A stretch of 64,000 bases of DNA from Bugula neritina. Taxonomy: Eukaryota; Animalia; Bryozoa. Within the stretch, counting starts at the first letter, position 1; each line of letters begins with the position of its first letter. The notes beneath the pieces were generated by a model that saw only the letters and a list, made by a program, of their open reading frames with translations, was not told where the DNA came from and did no database searches. The stretch spans positions 14,245,801 to 14,309,800 of the forward strand of contig OZ037767.1 of assembly GCA_964035545.1 (NCBI GenBank), given 5' to 3'. The position numbers were made by a program, and so were the translations under genes. Below, in pieces: positions 46,179-61,075 of this stretch.

Positions 46179-49100
46179 CTGAATTATACAAAAAGTAATA
46201 TTAACAACGAGTAGACAACTACAATAAATTGCAGGCAAGGGTAGACAACTACAATGAGATGCAAGCAGTTATGAAGAGTAAACTAAGTACAAGCAGCTAT
46301 AAAAGGGGAGACAGCTACAATAAATTGCAGGCAGCTATAAAAGGGGAGACAACTACAATAAAGTGAGGCAGATATCTAGTATAAACATGAATACAAAACT
46401 AATGAACTTTAATAAATCACTGATCCAAATTGCAAAGCAATATTTTTCTAAATTTGGGTCATAGCCTGGAAATGTAATTGTGCTCTAGAGATTCAGAAAG
46501 AAAAATTCATCAGCTTTACTTTTAAATCTAGAATGCATTTCCATAATAACTGAAAAAGCAATTTAATGCACTTCGGAATAAAGCATTAGAATTATTATAA
46601 TTAATAATTTATCATTATCCTATAATATAATTTATAACGTTGTGAGTGGGCGTGTCTTTACAAACCGATCTTACAGGAGTGGTAATGGGCGTGTCATCAG
46701 TGCAGGTCACGTGACTAGTGACATCATTATATATTATGTGATATAGAGATGGTATCATTTGTTTTGAATCTTCACCATTCGTAGCCTAAACAGCTTTTTT
46801 GAAAATCTAGAAACAATATTTTTTATCAAAATTGCATTTCAGGTATCCAAAACAAAAAATCCTGTAAGAAAAAATATTACACTGGTACAGATCATGCCTA
46901 ATATGGAAATAAAAAAATTGTATTATTTAGCTTAGAATGTTTCATAACTTGTCCTAGGCTTGAAACTTTTCTATGACAAAATTAATTTAATAAACTCAAC
47001 TAATGCATTTAAAGTAAACACAGCAATTAAACTATAAGATGTCACACTGCATAGACTTGCAGAGTATAACTTTAATCACAAGTATTTGAAAGTTAGATAA
47101 AATAAGTGAGCATTGAGAAGATAATCCCTAGTTGTATAGAATAAACTGTCACACTGAACATAGCTATGAATACAGGAGAGGAATGTGGTACTCACAGACT
47201 GAATGTGTGTTATGGCATCGTGACAACTACGGCAGCAGATATTAGACAAGTAGGCACACTGACAGTCTACAGGGTATTTGCTAGCCTCAGCTACATCCTC
47301 TTCCAGACCCGACTTCGAGTCTACATTAATATACAACGTAGTAAATGCTAGTTGGCAGGAATTTAGGCTACACAGAATCTACATTACTAAACTATCCACA
47401 TGACAGCCCTTTTATATCAGAGGTTCTCATAGGAACAATGGCTATACACTTGCGTAAGTTTTTATATCATAATATAACGATATAGTATAATAAAATATTA
47501 TATAAGAATATAATATAGCCTAATATATAATATAATAATAGATTGTAACAAGGTATTATAATATGACAGACTATTTTAGTTGATGATCAAATAGATAACT
47601 TACAAATATTAACAAATACTCCCATCTTGATAGCAAAGGCAGCACATACCTGGCAGTTGTCAGCGTAAAGTTCCCCACAATCACACACCTCGTCAGCAAA
47701 CACTAGAACATCCTTCTGACTAGCATCTGTCGGCTGGGCACTTGCTTTGCTATATATCTCTGTGTTGGAAAGGGCCAAACGCTTCCCAAACCATCTACAG
47801 CCATTTGAGAGAACTGGCTATAGGTTAAACATCCACTTCTTTTATACAGTATTAAACAATGATGTATATCACCATTACCTCGATAATTTACACAGTTATG
47901 GTGAGAAACACTCGTATAATCTTAGCTCTCTGCAGACTGTTTAAAAGTTGTATGCTTAAATATTTTTGCTTTAAATTTTTTTGCACTCATGCTGATGACT
48001 TTTTCGTTCGATTCTGTGGTATTATAAACTTATTCGTAATTATTGCATGCTATTATCAGTTGCTGCCAGACACAGCTTAACTACTGAGCTAATGTACATA
48101 AGAAACTATGAGGTTTAAATATGGATGAAACAAACACTTACAAATATAAGCTTATGTTTGTATAATACTAAAAGCCATGATCATGATGACTAGCTTTCCA
48201 CGTAAAGTTACAAAGAGAATCACTTGTTAAACTATCATTAGTTTTACAATATCTAAAACAAAAATTGGAATTTTATACATACTTATAACTAGAGGTGATC
48301 AGAACATGGCATAACTATAAGTATTACTGATTCTGAAGCTACATTAATACTATGACTAGCTCTAAGTCTAGACTATAGTGAAACTGCATAATAATAAAAT
48401 TGGAACCATGCAATTGACCCAGGCTGTTATAATAAATAATAATTATACACGTAGGCTAAGGCGTAATGATACTGCTAATCATAATGATAAGCAATATCAT
48501 TATCAATATGAATATGAACATATGAAATTGAATATCATAACCATTATGATAATGATGTTGATGATCATAATCACTGATAATCATAATGATGAGAATTAAT
48601 AATCACAATCACAATGATGCATAATTATAAAATTGGAACCATGCAATTGACTCAGGCTGTTATAATAATTAATAATTATATACTGTAAGGCGTAATAATA
48701 ATGCTAATCATAATGATAATGATGAGCAATATTATTATCAATATGAATATGAAATTGAATATCATAACCATTATGGTACTGGTGTTGCCGATCATAATCA
48801 ATGATATTCATAATAATGATGAGAATCGATATTGTAATACTGAGTAATACTAATAGTAATTGATAATCACAATGACAATCTCAATACATATAAATATAAT
48901 GCTAAATAAAATAACCAACTACATTTAATGATAATCTGAATTATAATTTAAATTATCATAAAAAAAAAATGTTAACACTTAACTGCTTAAGTAAAAGTAG
49001 AAGAGTAAAAACGAAATGAAAATCAAAATGGCTTTTGCTAAATGAAAGGAGTGAAATGAAGTTCCGAGATTCAACTCTAGTATCTAACTCTGAAAGTAAC

Positions 49101-50729
49101 TTTTACTTTAACACTAACAGTAACACTAAAAGTAACACTAATTCTAACGATAACACTAATACAGTGCTACTAACAGTAACTCTAACTCAGTAACTGTAAG
49201 TCAAAGTGTAAGACTAAGACTAAGAGCAAGACTCATAAGAGTAAGTCAAAATGTAACCCCGAACTGTAGGACTTAGACTTACTGATAGTGATACTCATAC
49301 TGATAGTCAATGTCATACTCATAGTCATAGTGGTACTCTTAGATCAATAATTATAATAATAATAATGATTATGATGTAATTACAATATAATACAATACTA
49401 ATTGTGCTTTATAGTAACGTAAGCTAGTTACTAACAAAGATAAACTGAAAGTACTTGTTATGTTGGTACTCTATCATTATCTATAATTCTGATTTTATCT
49501 ATGGTTATTCACTATTCAGTATCAGTATGAGTATGAGTATTTCTACGATCGTCGTCATCAGAGTTGGACGCACGTTATCAATAGCTACAAAATCCATAAC
49601 CATGAAGCTGCTATTTGTCTAAAAAAAACATCGAGGCCCAACTTAATCCGATTGGAAATTGAAACGAGTGATTTCAGGAGCTTTTGCTAGGTCAACTGTC
49701 AACCGGATGATGGATTTTTGAATGCCAACAGCTCAATTTAATTCTTGGCTGTTACGTTTCCGTCGCAGTGCTATCAGCTGATAGTGATACAGCTACTCAA
49801 AATTACCATTGCCATTGGCATTGGTATTAGTGCCTTACATTTGCTGAGTACATTTGCCATGAATATTGAGCTGTCACATCAATTGCAGTCAGTTTATGGT
49901 GATACTTTTTATAGTGTTTGATGCAGTTAACTGATTGATATGTGATATGTATCACTGTCAGTATGAGTATCACCCTATCACTATCAGTATCAGTAACACG
50001 AACAACTTCAACTTGAACTACAACTCAGTCTGACTCTGAGTCTTGCATGTATAATAATAATATTAATAATCAAAATGTATTGTTAATTAGTAACAGTAGT
50101 GAGTAGACTCAGTACTAGTCAGCAGTACTACTATTACTACTACTGCTCCTGCAGATGCCGCCCCTGCTAGTGCTACTACTAATACTCTAATAGCAGTAGC
50201 AGCAGTAGTAGTAGCAGTAGTAGTAGTACTAGTAGCGGTAGCAGTAGTAGTAGCACTAGCAGTAGTATTAGTACTAGCAGTAGTAGTAGTACTACTAGTA
50301 CTAGTAGTAGTAGTACTACTACTAGTACTAGTAGTAGCAGTAGTACTATTAGTACTAGTAGTAGTAGTAGTACTAGTATAAGTACTACTACTAGTAGTAG
50401 TAGTAGTAGTAGTAATAGTACTAGTAGTAATAGTAGTACTAGTAGTAGTACTACTAGTGGTAATGATGATTATGATAAAATTGATATTATGATTATATGA
50501 ATAATAATTTAAATAATTACAGTGATAGTATTATTATAATATTACTCACAGTAGTATAAATATTTAATTTTATATTAGTTATTAAAAAGTTACATTTACC
50601 AGTTCAGTTATTGATTTATTTTTCAATTAGCGAATTGATGATTAGATAAGTAACCTCATTGCTTGTTGGATTAATTTTATTTTGTTTTGACTTGTTTTAG
50701 GTCAAAAGTTTATGAAGCTTGGTTGATAT

Positions 50730-53700
50730 ATGGGTTATTTACCTGTGGTACTAATTCATGCAGGTATAACTATACTCACTATAGGTAGCACTATGAAGTT
50801 GCAGTTACTTTGAATTTTAGAATCGATCAATTTTTCTAAATTTTCAGTAGCTTAGAATTATAAATAAATTCTTAGATATTATTTAGTCATTCTTGATGTC
50901 AAAATTAACTAACTTGCAGTGAATCGATTTCACAGCAGCTATGACTCAAAATAAATTGGCCAAGCATTAATGACCTTCGAACATTATATAATTTCTTCTT
51001 TTTAAACTGCGTGTATGATTTATACTGTGTTCACAAACGCGGTCTGCATTGTACAGAAGTTGGATTTTTTGGAATTTTCATATCCATAGATTTTTTTAGA
51101 AGTTTGAGGTGCCATTGTCTTGTCACCTATTATTTCTATTATCGTTGAGGTCTTCATATTACAAAGTTCAATAAACATGCAGAATTAATTGAAGTTTAGC
51201 TTGCAGAGTGTTATGTAACCTGCTACATCTTTCCACTCCTCACAATATTCACTGGTATCTATAGTGCTATTTGTTATGCGTTATGCTTTGCTAATATCTT
51301 TTTTTCAATAGACTTCTTTCTGGTAATATTTTTAACATTGAAAATATGTCTTTAGGTGCAGGATATCATGCATTGGCAAAAGAAAACTCCTACATTCAAT
51401 TATGCAATCTTTCTTCCAGGACGGTTAGTATTAATCAATAAAATGATAGCTTAATGGTAGCTTGCTGTTGTTAAACGGTTTCCAAATAATAAATGCCAAA
51501 CTATACTGCAGTTTTCTTGCAAATATCATGTTTATTTTCTGTCTTTCTTTTGCTATGTGTTACCTTAGGTTCAAAAACAATGTTGCTGAGATTTCTATGA
51601 AAATTATGTATATTGAATTTTCTTGGTTATAGGCTATGGAATTGCTGAAAGACGGGTCATCAGCGACAGAAGCGGCAGTTGCAGCCATGAAAGTTCTAGA
51701 AGATTCATCTCTCACTAACGCTGGTTCGTTCAATGTTCAGTCTTTTTGCATCCGTGAAAGCAATTGCTTTGCTACTAACTGGGTGTATGCTTATCTCTGA
51801 TTCAAATAATTGTTAGTTGGCAGTGTTATGTTGAAAATAATAATAATAATAATCATATTAAATAACAAAAGTGTTTAAACTGATGATAATCAAGTGCTTC
51901 ATGTTTACTTTTGATGTGTAAAGGCTTTCTATCTAAAATTTTTATTCCCATAAATGATTCTCCAAGTTATACATGTTATAACTTTTAAACCTGCTGATTT
52001 CTCGAAGTATTTATCATGTATACATCTACCTGCATATTTGGATTTTATAGCTTTTCAGGAACATGTTATTCTCACACACATGCGCTACACACACGCACAC
52101 ACACTTGCACACACGAAAAACACAGCCACTGTTGTTACTCTCACACACACATGCATACAAACACAGACACTCACACACAGGCACACACACAAATGCCAAC
52201 ACGAACACACACACGGGCGCACACAAATACACGTATACTCTTGCAAACATACACCCTCACGCACCCAACACACGCACGCAACACAGACAGCCACTGTAGT
52301 ATAATAGTCTACTATTCAAGTTTATTTGTACCTACTTGGTGAAAATTATGTTCAGGATACGGATCTAGTCTGAGTATAGACGGGGATGTTGAGTGTGATG
52401 CCTCCGTGATGACTAGCGAAGGATACTTTGCTGCCGTGGCAGCGATGAGATGTGTATACAACCCTATAGTTGTTGTTCACAGGATATTACATCTGCAACA
52501 TCATCCGCCCAAAGATGGAAGAATACCACCCAGGTTGCTACAGTTTTGTTCTACTTGTTTTAATTGGTTGGTCTTGCTCATAATTGTAACATATATTAGT
52601 CATGGGATTACCACAGGTGTATGACAACTCTTACATTCAGTTTTTTAAAGCAATAGTACAGGAACTGCTATTTGTGTATTATTGTGACACTAAATACAAA
52701 ATATATAGATATATATAAAATGTAAAAGTTCTCTGTTTATTTTCCATTGTTTTATATAGGTCAAATTAGTAGCTGTGTAAATGTTTTATGTAGGTCAAAG
52801 TAGTAACTGTATACCTCAAGTTGATTGTGCTGCAATCATTAACTCTGATAATAAATTTGTTCATCTACAATGGTGGTTTCTGGGTTGTCTGGACTAAAAG
52901 CTCGGAATTCTTTTCAGCGTAATTATTTAATAGAATTCTTCTAGTTTTTAGTTCAGTGAGATTTAAGTCTTGATTTTATCTTTCAATCACAAAATTACAG
53001 TTTCCTGGTGGGAGAGGGCGCCACAAGGTTTGCTGAAGAACAGGGAATACCTCTAGTAGAGTCTACCACAATGGTGTCAGGTATTCTTTATATGTAACTG
53101 TCTCTGTCTGAACTCTTTATTCTTATCACCTGTCCCCTATAAGTTGTGTCTGAACTGTGTTTCCTAGTCTAAATAGTGAAGCCATTTAATTCAATTTAAA
53201 TATGCAAGCCTTAAAGTTCTATTGGATGTTTCTCCAAAGCTAGCTTTTAGACTCATTTAGTCTCAATCACCTGCTAGGGGTTGTCACTGTGATGATTCAC
53301 TGTTAGTATGATGTCATGCAACACCTTTAAATGTACTTGTCAACTCCTTGCTAAAACTCTGCTTCATTGGTTAGCTCCGCCTCCTTATATGCCTTCATGC
53401 ACCCTGCTTATGTTTAGATAAAAACATATTAGCTAATTGTACAATAATATCATATATGATATTTTATTAGATTGTGATTATTGTATTATTTATTATAATA
53501 TATTAATTTAGCTTATACAAACACCTTTAGAAATTACATCATATCTTTGTAGTTGTAACTTTTCATATTTAGAAAATGCCACAAAGAATTTCAACAAGTA
53601 TTCGAGGATAGTTCAGCAACAGAGAGGGACGAAACGCAAGATAGAAGCTGACACATCAGATGTTTCTTCTGTTCAACAGTCTGCGGACAATGAGCTGGTT

Positions 53701-56602
53701 AGTTAGTGAATGTTGTATCAAACTGTCGCTCAATCTGACATTTTTAGTTGCGTTTAAATCTTAAACTTATTTCTGACAGTAAATTTTTGATAGAAGCATG
53801 TTTGAACTAAACTTCAGAGACTAAAACTTCTTTTATTGAAATAGCAATTGGCAAAGTCTACTACTAGCAGCTACTAACTAGCAATCGGCAACTACTAACT
53901 AGCAATTGGGCAATAACAACTGAATCTAACTATATTATTATATTGTCTACTAACAGCAACTTGTGTAGTCATTTTCATGTGAACTCCATCAATCCTGTGA
54001 AACACCTTTGGTTGACCTCTCAGTTCTTCTGCTATATTTTCAAGTTCTAGACTGAATATTACAGGAGGAGAGCTCAGTTATGGACACTGTTGGTGTCATC
54101 TGTATGGACAGAGAGGGAAACTTAGCCTGTGCTCTGTCCAGTGGAGGAATAGCTTTAAAACATAGTGGCAGGGTGGGCCAAGTAAGGTCTCGACTTTTCC
54201 ATTACTGTTATATCTAGAAATATTTATGGTATTTTTAGGCTTCATGTTTCAAATCTTAGTAATTTAGCAAATGTTTATTTTGTGTGTTTTGTTACTTTTA
54301 CAATGAAAAATGTCTTAAAACTTTTGTGTTGAATAAGTGTTTTGATAAATTTTCTGTTGTAATCCCTCCAAACCATACCATCTCCTGTTCTCTAAACTAT
54401 AAGCTATTGTGTACTGCAGCAGTTTGCTATATGGATTTGTATGCTTGAAGTTGTCTTCTCCACCACTCTATACCACTGTGTATTACTCTATACCACTCTA
54501 CACCACTCTAAATCACTCTGCACCACTGTTTACCACTCTACACAACTGTGTGCTACTCTATACAACTGTATACCACTATATACTACTCTTTAGTACTCTA
54601 TATTATTCTACTTCCATCTAATCCAAAGAGTGCTGCCTTACCTCTACCTAAGAACTTCTCTTCTCTGTATTCTTATAACTTGTAGGCAGCACTAGTTGGC
54701 TCTGGTTGCTGGGTGGAAAAGAATATCGCCGTGGCAACAACAGGTGAGTTTCCTGTGTGTCATAATATTAGTAGCAGGTGAGAGTGGACAGTCTCACAGC
54801 CTTGTTGTCATGTGCAGAATATCACATGTTTATTGGTTTGTGAGACTTTGTAGCTTCTAGATAGTGTGTGATACTATCAATACATTGGTTATCATAACTA
54901 ACTGATATGTAATAAATATCATCCTGGGGAAATTACAGTTGAATATAAGCCCTACCCTAAGAAGGTCACATCTAGATATAAGCACTGCTTGGGATATGTA
55001 GTATTGTGATTACCCAGTGGCCTTGTGCTGTAATTGGTTAGTGTGGTAAGACGGAGGTCTCGGGTTCGAGCCCCAGTGGAGGCAATTATTTTACCGGATA
55101 GTTACATAGTTATATAGTTACATATAAGCACACTTGCCAACATGACTGGAGACTATTCTAAATCAGAAGTTTTTGAGAAACCGTTTTTAGCTTTGTGGTA
55201 AAAACCCAATGGACAGTTTTCAATGTTAATTATTCTGTATCACGTATTAGCAGTTTCCCTCACAAATATTCAGCTTATTACTTTTTGTTGTAAAGTTGTC
55301 TAGAGTTTAGATTCTCTACCAGGTTGTGGTGAGCAGTTGATGAGAACTCTGCTGGCCAAGACTGTCTCTGATGACTTGCAGGCAGCGTCTGGCAGCTGCC
55401 AACCTGTTGAGGTGTTCAACCAGACAATGAAGTCCTCTTTCATTGGTTAGTGTAGCACTATTTGATTGGTTGATGCAGTAAGTTTCAGTGTCACATCATT
55501 TGCCTGGCTAATAAAGTAGGTTTTTAGTGTTATGTGAGCTGATTGGCTGATGCAGTAAGTTTACAAAGTGTCACGCTATTTCATTGGCTGAGGAAAAAAG
55601 TTTTAGAGTGTCGCACTATTTGATTGGTTGATGCAGTAGCTCCAGTTTTTTTCAAAGCAGAACTATAAATTAGTCAAAACATTCTTGTTATGTTTATAGA
55701 GTAGCGCCTTTTTACAATGAGTTGATTTGTTGATCAATTATTTGATTTGTTGATTGATAAATTGATTGATAAATAATTTCATTTTTAGCAATGCTAGAAC
55801 TTTCTCAGCGATTTGTTATATGGGTTTTTAGAGTGAAGTTATAAAACACAAACATGCTTTATACTGCATAACTATCGGTTGTGTGTAGTTTGGTATAATA
55901 TTTTCACTGTTTACCTTCCTTTAGACAACCCTGTTCTGGTAAAAGATGATGTGAAACTTGCTGGTGCTATTGTATTGTATGTGAATCCTGAATCTTCATC
56001 AGGTTTGTTGCACACAATAATATACTATAACATTAGTATGCAGTGTAACATCATATAAATTATTATAAATATACAATTATCCATAATATCTCATAATATA
56101 AATATACAATGTATCATAATAATATCTAGTAATATGAATTTGCGATCTACCATAATAGTAAAAAGTTATATAAGTATGTAATGTATCATAATACAGAGTA
56201 ATATAATTAAGAGGTGTGTGATATAGTATATTTATTATACATTATATGTATTTAATTATATCATATGTGTGTACGTCTGTGTGTGTGTATAATACCATGT
56301 GGTGCATTATAGTTTATATGTCATTTATTATCAGTTATGATGTCATGTTATTCTACGAAATTTCAATTAACTGTGCTGCACTTTTGTGAACAACTATAAG
56401 TTTAATTTATTCTAGTAACTGATTGTATTTTCTAGTTGAGTTAATGTGGAGCCATACTACTAAGAGCATGTGTGTGTCATATATGACAGCTGAGTGTGCC
56501 CACCCACAGAGTTTAGTCACTAGACTGGCATCTGGCAAGGTGTCACAGGTGCCCTTCACCAGTGGTATTGGATTACGTTTTGAAACACAAGCACCTGTTT
56601 AG
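50730..56602 (+). CDS. TASP1: Taspase1 copy C, complete (372 aa); exons 50730-50763, 51356-51423, 51633-51723, 52356-52533, 53001-53080, 53573-53697, 54065-54181, 54686-54743, 55323-55445, 55925-56002, 56436-56602
   Basis: Same exon lengths as copy B, open frame, D/TVG catalytic site intact. Confidence 0.94.
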
Positions 56603-56651
56603 ATGAGTGGTCACATTAGAAACCGTTCTTGTATAGCTGTCACATTTAAAT

Positions 56652-59600
56652 GTGACCCATCACGACAAAACCGGGAACTTGGCGGCATTCATGAAGTGTA
56701 GTAAATGAAGGTTAAATTTTGAAAAATCAAAAATTGAAATGTTTTGCCAGTTTTTAAATTTTAAACTTTTCTTATACAGAAAAACTCAAGGATTTCAAAT
56801 ATCATATTTTCGCAAGCATTTGCTAATTCCTTCAACCTCAAAATCAACTCTAAAGTTGGTAACTATGCATTAAATATTTCTTCAAAATGGCGGATCGTAG
56901 TCAAGTTGACTCGGAGTTATCATTACTATTACGAAAATGAAATTAAAACATTTCATAGCGCGGAATCCTACAAATAATTCTTCGTTTAATAAAGGTAGCT
57001 CTTGCATTCTCCTCGCATGATAGGAAGCCTACTTCTGAAACTAAGTTTAGTATTAGCTATTTTTGGCGCTGGCTGCAAAGATTAAGTTAGCTTTTAACGC
57101 AACTAAATTCCTTAGCTGTAGTTTAATATTGATCTTTATCTTTGGACTTTATGATTAAATCACTACAAAGCAGGTAATTATACTGAAAATAGCTCATTTA
57201 CGCTACTAAATAATTATATAATTTACTAGTAGTTATTAACTTATACTTATAGTTAAAGTTATACTTCTACTTCTAATGTTGTAGTTGTTGAATTTAATAA
57301 TAATATTAATAATCATGATTAAAATATCATAATCAATCCGAGTTATATACTTATTAAGTTATTTGTATTATTAAATAATAGTAGTATTACATTTTCATTT
57401 TGATTTAGTGATTTACTCTAGCCTATGTAGGTCAAATGCTTTCTTGACTTTCATTTTTAACAGCTGATGCTAAGAAGATGATATTTTTAACTTGAAATTT
57501 TTAGTATTGAGTGTTTTATTTTTATTCAAAATTAAATGCTCATACTCACATTGATAATACTATTAAATAGGGTTCAGTATTACACTAATACTATTAGTAA
57601 TTATTTCAGTTAGTTCTTGTGATAATCTTATTGAATACTATATTATTATTATCATTAACTTGAAGTTCATAGTATTAAATGTTCATTTTCATATTGATTA
57701 TTTATAGAAATTTTAAGTCTGGGCATGTTAAGTGGTCCACAGTCAGCGGAGCGCCACTTTTATATTGAATATGAATATTTAACATAATCTATACTCATAC
57801 TCATACTGAAATATCGAATGTGATTCAATTTGAATAAGTTCAAGTATAATAATAATATTCATAATAACAGTGATTAAGATCTTTAAGAGTGAAACAATAA
57901 TAATGATGTCAAAATAAAGTCACTTGTTGTTAGTCACTGTCAGCCTAACACTTACAGCTACCGTTAGTTTAAATCTTATAGTTATCTATGACTATTAGAA
58001 TACATCACTTTTATCATGCAAGACTTTCCAGTTTCAAAATAGAATTGGAGTACTACAACTACTTATGCTGATTTATTTATTATATTTATTTATATTTAAG
58101 TAAATAATTGAATTTAAATTGGTTTTGCAGTAGCTATATTTAGTAGGTTTTGTTGCTACTTGGCTAGCTCTGTCTACTCACTTTGAATTGAATGTTAAAT
58201 AGTATATTGATTAGTTAGTTGTTTTATTTTTCAAATGCAAGCTCATTGCTTTAGTACTGCAGATTCAAACATGCTAAATATTCAAATGACTTAATTTTTG
58301 ATGGCAATAGAAAAAGAAAATATTATTATTACTACATCATGATTATTATTCAGGAATATAACATTATTTTCATTTTAGGAAAGTGAAGATGTGAGGGCAA
58401 CATGATGGAACTTGTCGATGAGGTGCTGTTTGGTATGTCGCCTATACAGCTCAAGAGCATGCTGCATATAACCTATCATTCTTACACTTGTGATCCAGAC
58501 TCCCTGCATTTGGAGAGCTACCGCTTCCAAGCTTATAGCTTCTGCTAACTTTACTCGAAAAAAGGTGTCTAGTATTTCATTATGCTCAAAAATTTTATAA
58601 ATAGCTAGTTTGCAAATGTGCCTTCAAACTTGCTATAAACTTAAATGTTGAGAAATTGCTCATTAATTATTAGCTGCTGTAATATAGTAGTTAAATGGTG
58701 TTAAAACAATTACATTTTATAGCCAGATTTAATTTCTAATGTACTATTGTTCTCTTTTATAATCTAAAACTAAGTTTAATATTATAATTGCAGGTCTAAG
58801 TGGCTATAGATGAACAGGGTAGATTTATAGTAGCAGCATCTATTAACTTTGACTACTGGAATATCGTTTGTAGCAGCAATTAAGCTCTTGGTTATGTGCT
58901 TATAGTCTGTAAACTCACGCTATGAAGAACAAGGACATAGATTCAGAGACCATAGGAACCACCTAAGCAGTCTTTCTGCTATATGAATTAATTTAAGTTT
59001 CATTTATGCTGAATTTCTACACTTTTATCTGTTTATAATAATTGATTTGAAGATTAAAAATAACTTGTACCTTATTTTCTTGTATGGATACTCAATATCT
59101 CAACTGATTCCCTATGTGTAACTTTTGATCACTCTACATTGTAACTGTATGACTGAATAAATTTTGTATAATATCATAATAGTTGAATGATTCTCTCATA
59201 TGATTTTTACGCATGAAACAATTGATACTATCGAATGGCATGGCTCAATAGCTACAGTTGGACATGTTACATGAGATATTAATAATGAGGGAAATAGCAA
59301 ACGTAAAACAGGAAATGGCTGCCATTTTGTTTCATACGACACCTAGTTAGCATAGTTGGTTCAAATGAATGTCGGTGCAAAAAAGTGCTTAAAGGTCCTT
59401 ATATGTGCTGAAAGTAGCAAAATTTTCAACTGTTATCACAATTTAATAGCTATTCGGGAAAATAAAGTTACAACAAGTTTGGCGGCCATCTTTGACCTAA
59501 TTTTTCGTTTAGGAAACGTAAAAACTGGTTGAGCTGAAAGCCCATACTTGAAAAAATGTTTTGATACCAAATTTGTCCAGTTTGCTAGAATAAAAAGGCT

Positions 59601-59862
59601 CGTTGCTAAGGCTTGACAAATGTAAACAAATAATCCATAAATTATTCCAGACCTCCTTACTTTAAAAGCGAATTTCTCAAAAACGTAAATTGACTGTTTT
59701 AAAACCGCCAAGGCTTTTGAATATCAATATCTCGAGTTCTATTTGCACTAGAGACTTCAAATAAATTGCAAAATGATTGCAAAGACCTGCTCTTTAACTC
59801 TATACTAATAACTCAATTTTGAAAAACTGACCAACGTTCCCTGTTTTGTGGTGGGAGGTCAC
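56652..59862 (+). mobile_element. 3.2-kb GTGAC-ended DNA transposon inserted 50 bp after the TASP1-C stop codon
   Basis: TIRs gtgacccatcacgacaaaaccgggaac and gttccctgttttgtggtgggaggtcac; TSD AAAT; empty sites at ~5118 and ~27443. Confidence 0.82.
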
Positions 59863-60049
59863 AAATGTTGATGCATGATAGCCTTTGGGAATTATTGTCT
59901 CTCCAAAGAAATATTTTTACATTTTGTAGAAAAAAGTGTGTATTTTTTTATATGTTGTAATTATTGTATATATTGTAAAAAATCAGTTAGAGCTTCAATA
60001 AGCGAGTTTATTCTGTAAATAGTTAGTTTTTGTGTATCAAATTATTATA

Positions 60050-60640
<591 letters not shown>

Positions 60641-61075
60641 AGCCGAATATCACTTTATTTCTCTTTATTCTATTATATATACCATAAAAAATTATTTATA
60701 CTTGTGTGTTACAGTCTTGCAACAAAATCATACAAAGTGCTACTATGTGTTGATAAATTACATATAAATACTAATTCATGCACACACTTTACAATAAATC
60801 AGTTATACAATTTACACCTTGTTGTTTAATAGTTTGCTGAAGTTTCCAAACCTGCTTGTGTATATTGCATAAATAAATCTATTTTTGTCTTTTTTTCACA
60901 AATAAAAAAGCTGATCACATATGTAAAGATACAAAATCTCAATTTCAATACCATAGAAAAAAACAACATTCAAAAAGTAGTAAGTTATAAAATATTCTAC
61001 AAAACTTTATGTTAAATTAAACTTGGAGTTGTTTTATAGTCACTCATAAATTCCTGTTTTTGCATCCTTTGTTGC

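Larger units (their letters stand above)
22486..51480. repeat. Second period of the tandem segmental duplication (period 22,485 bp A to B; about 29.0 kb B to C)
   Basis: Window base 1 recurs at 22486. TASP1 ATGs are at 21729 and 50730. Gene order and intergenic DNA are colinear. The true junction was not determined. Confidence 0.9.
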
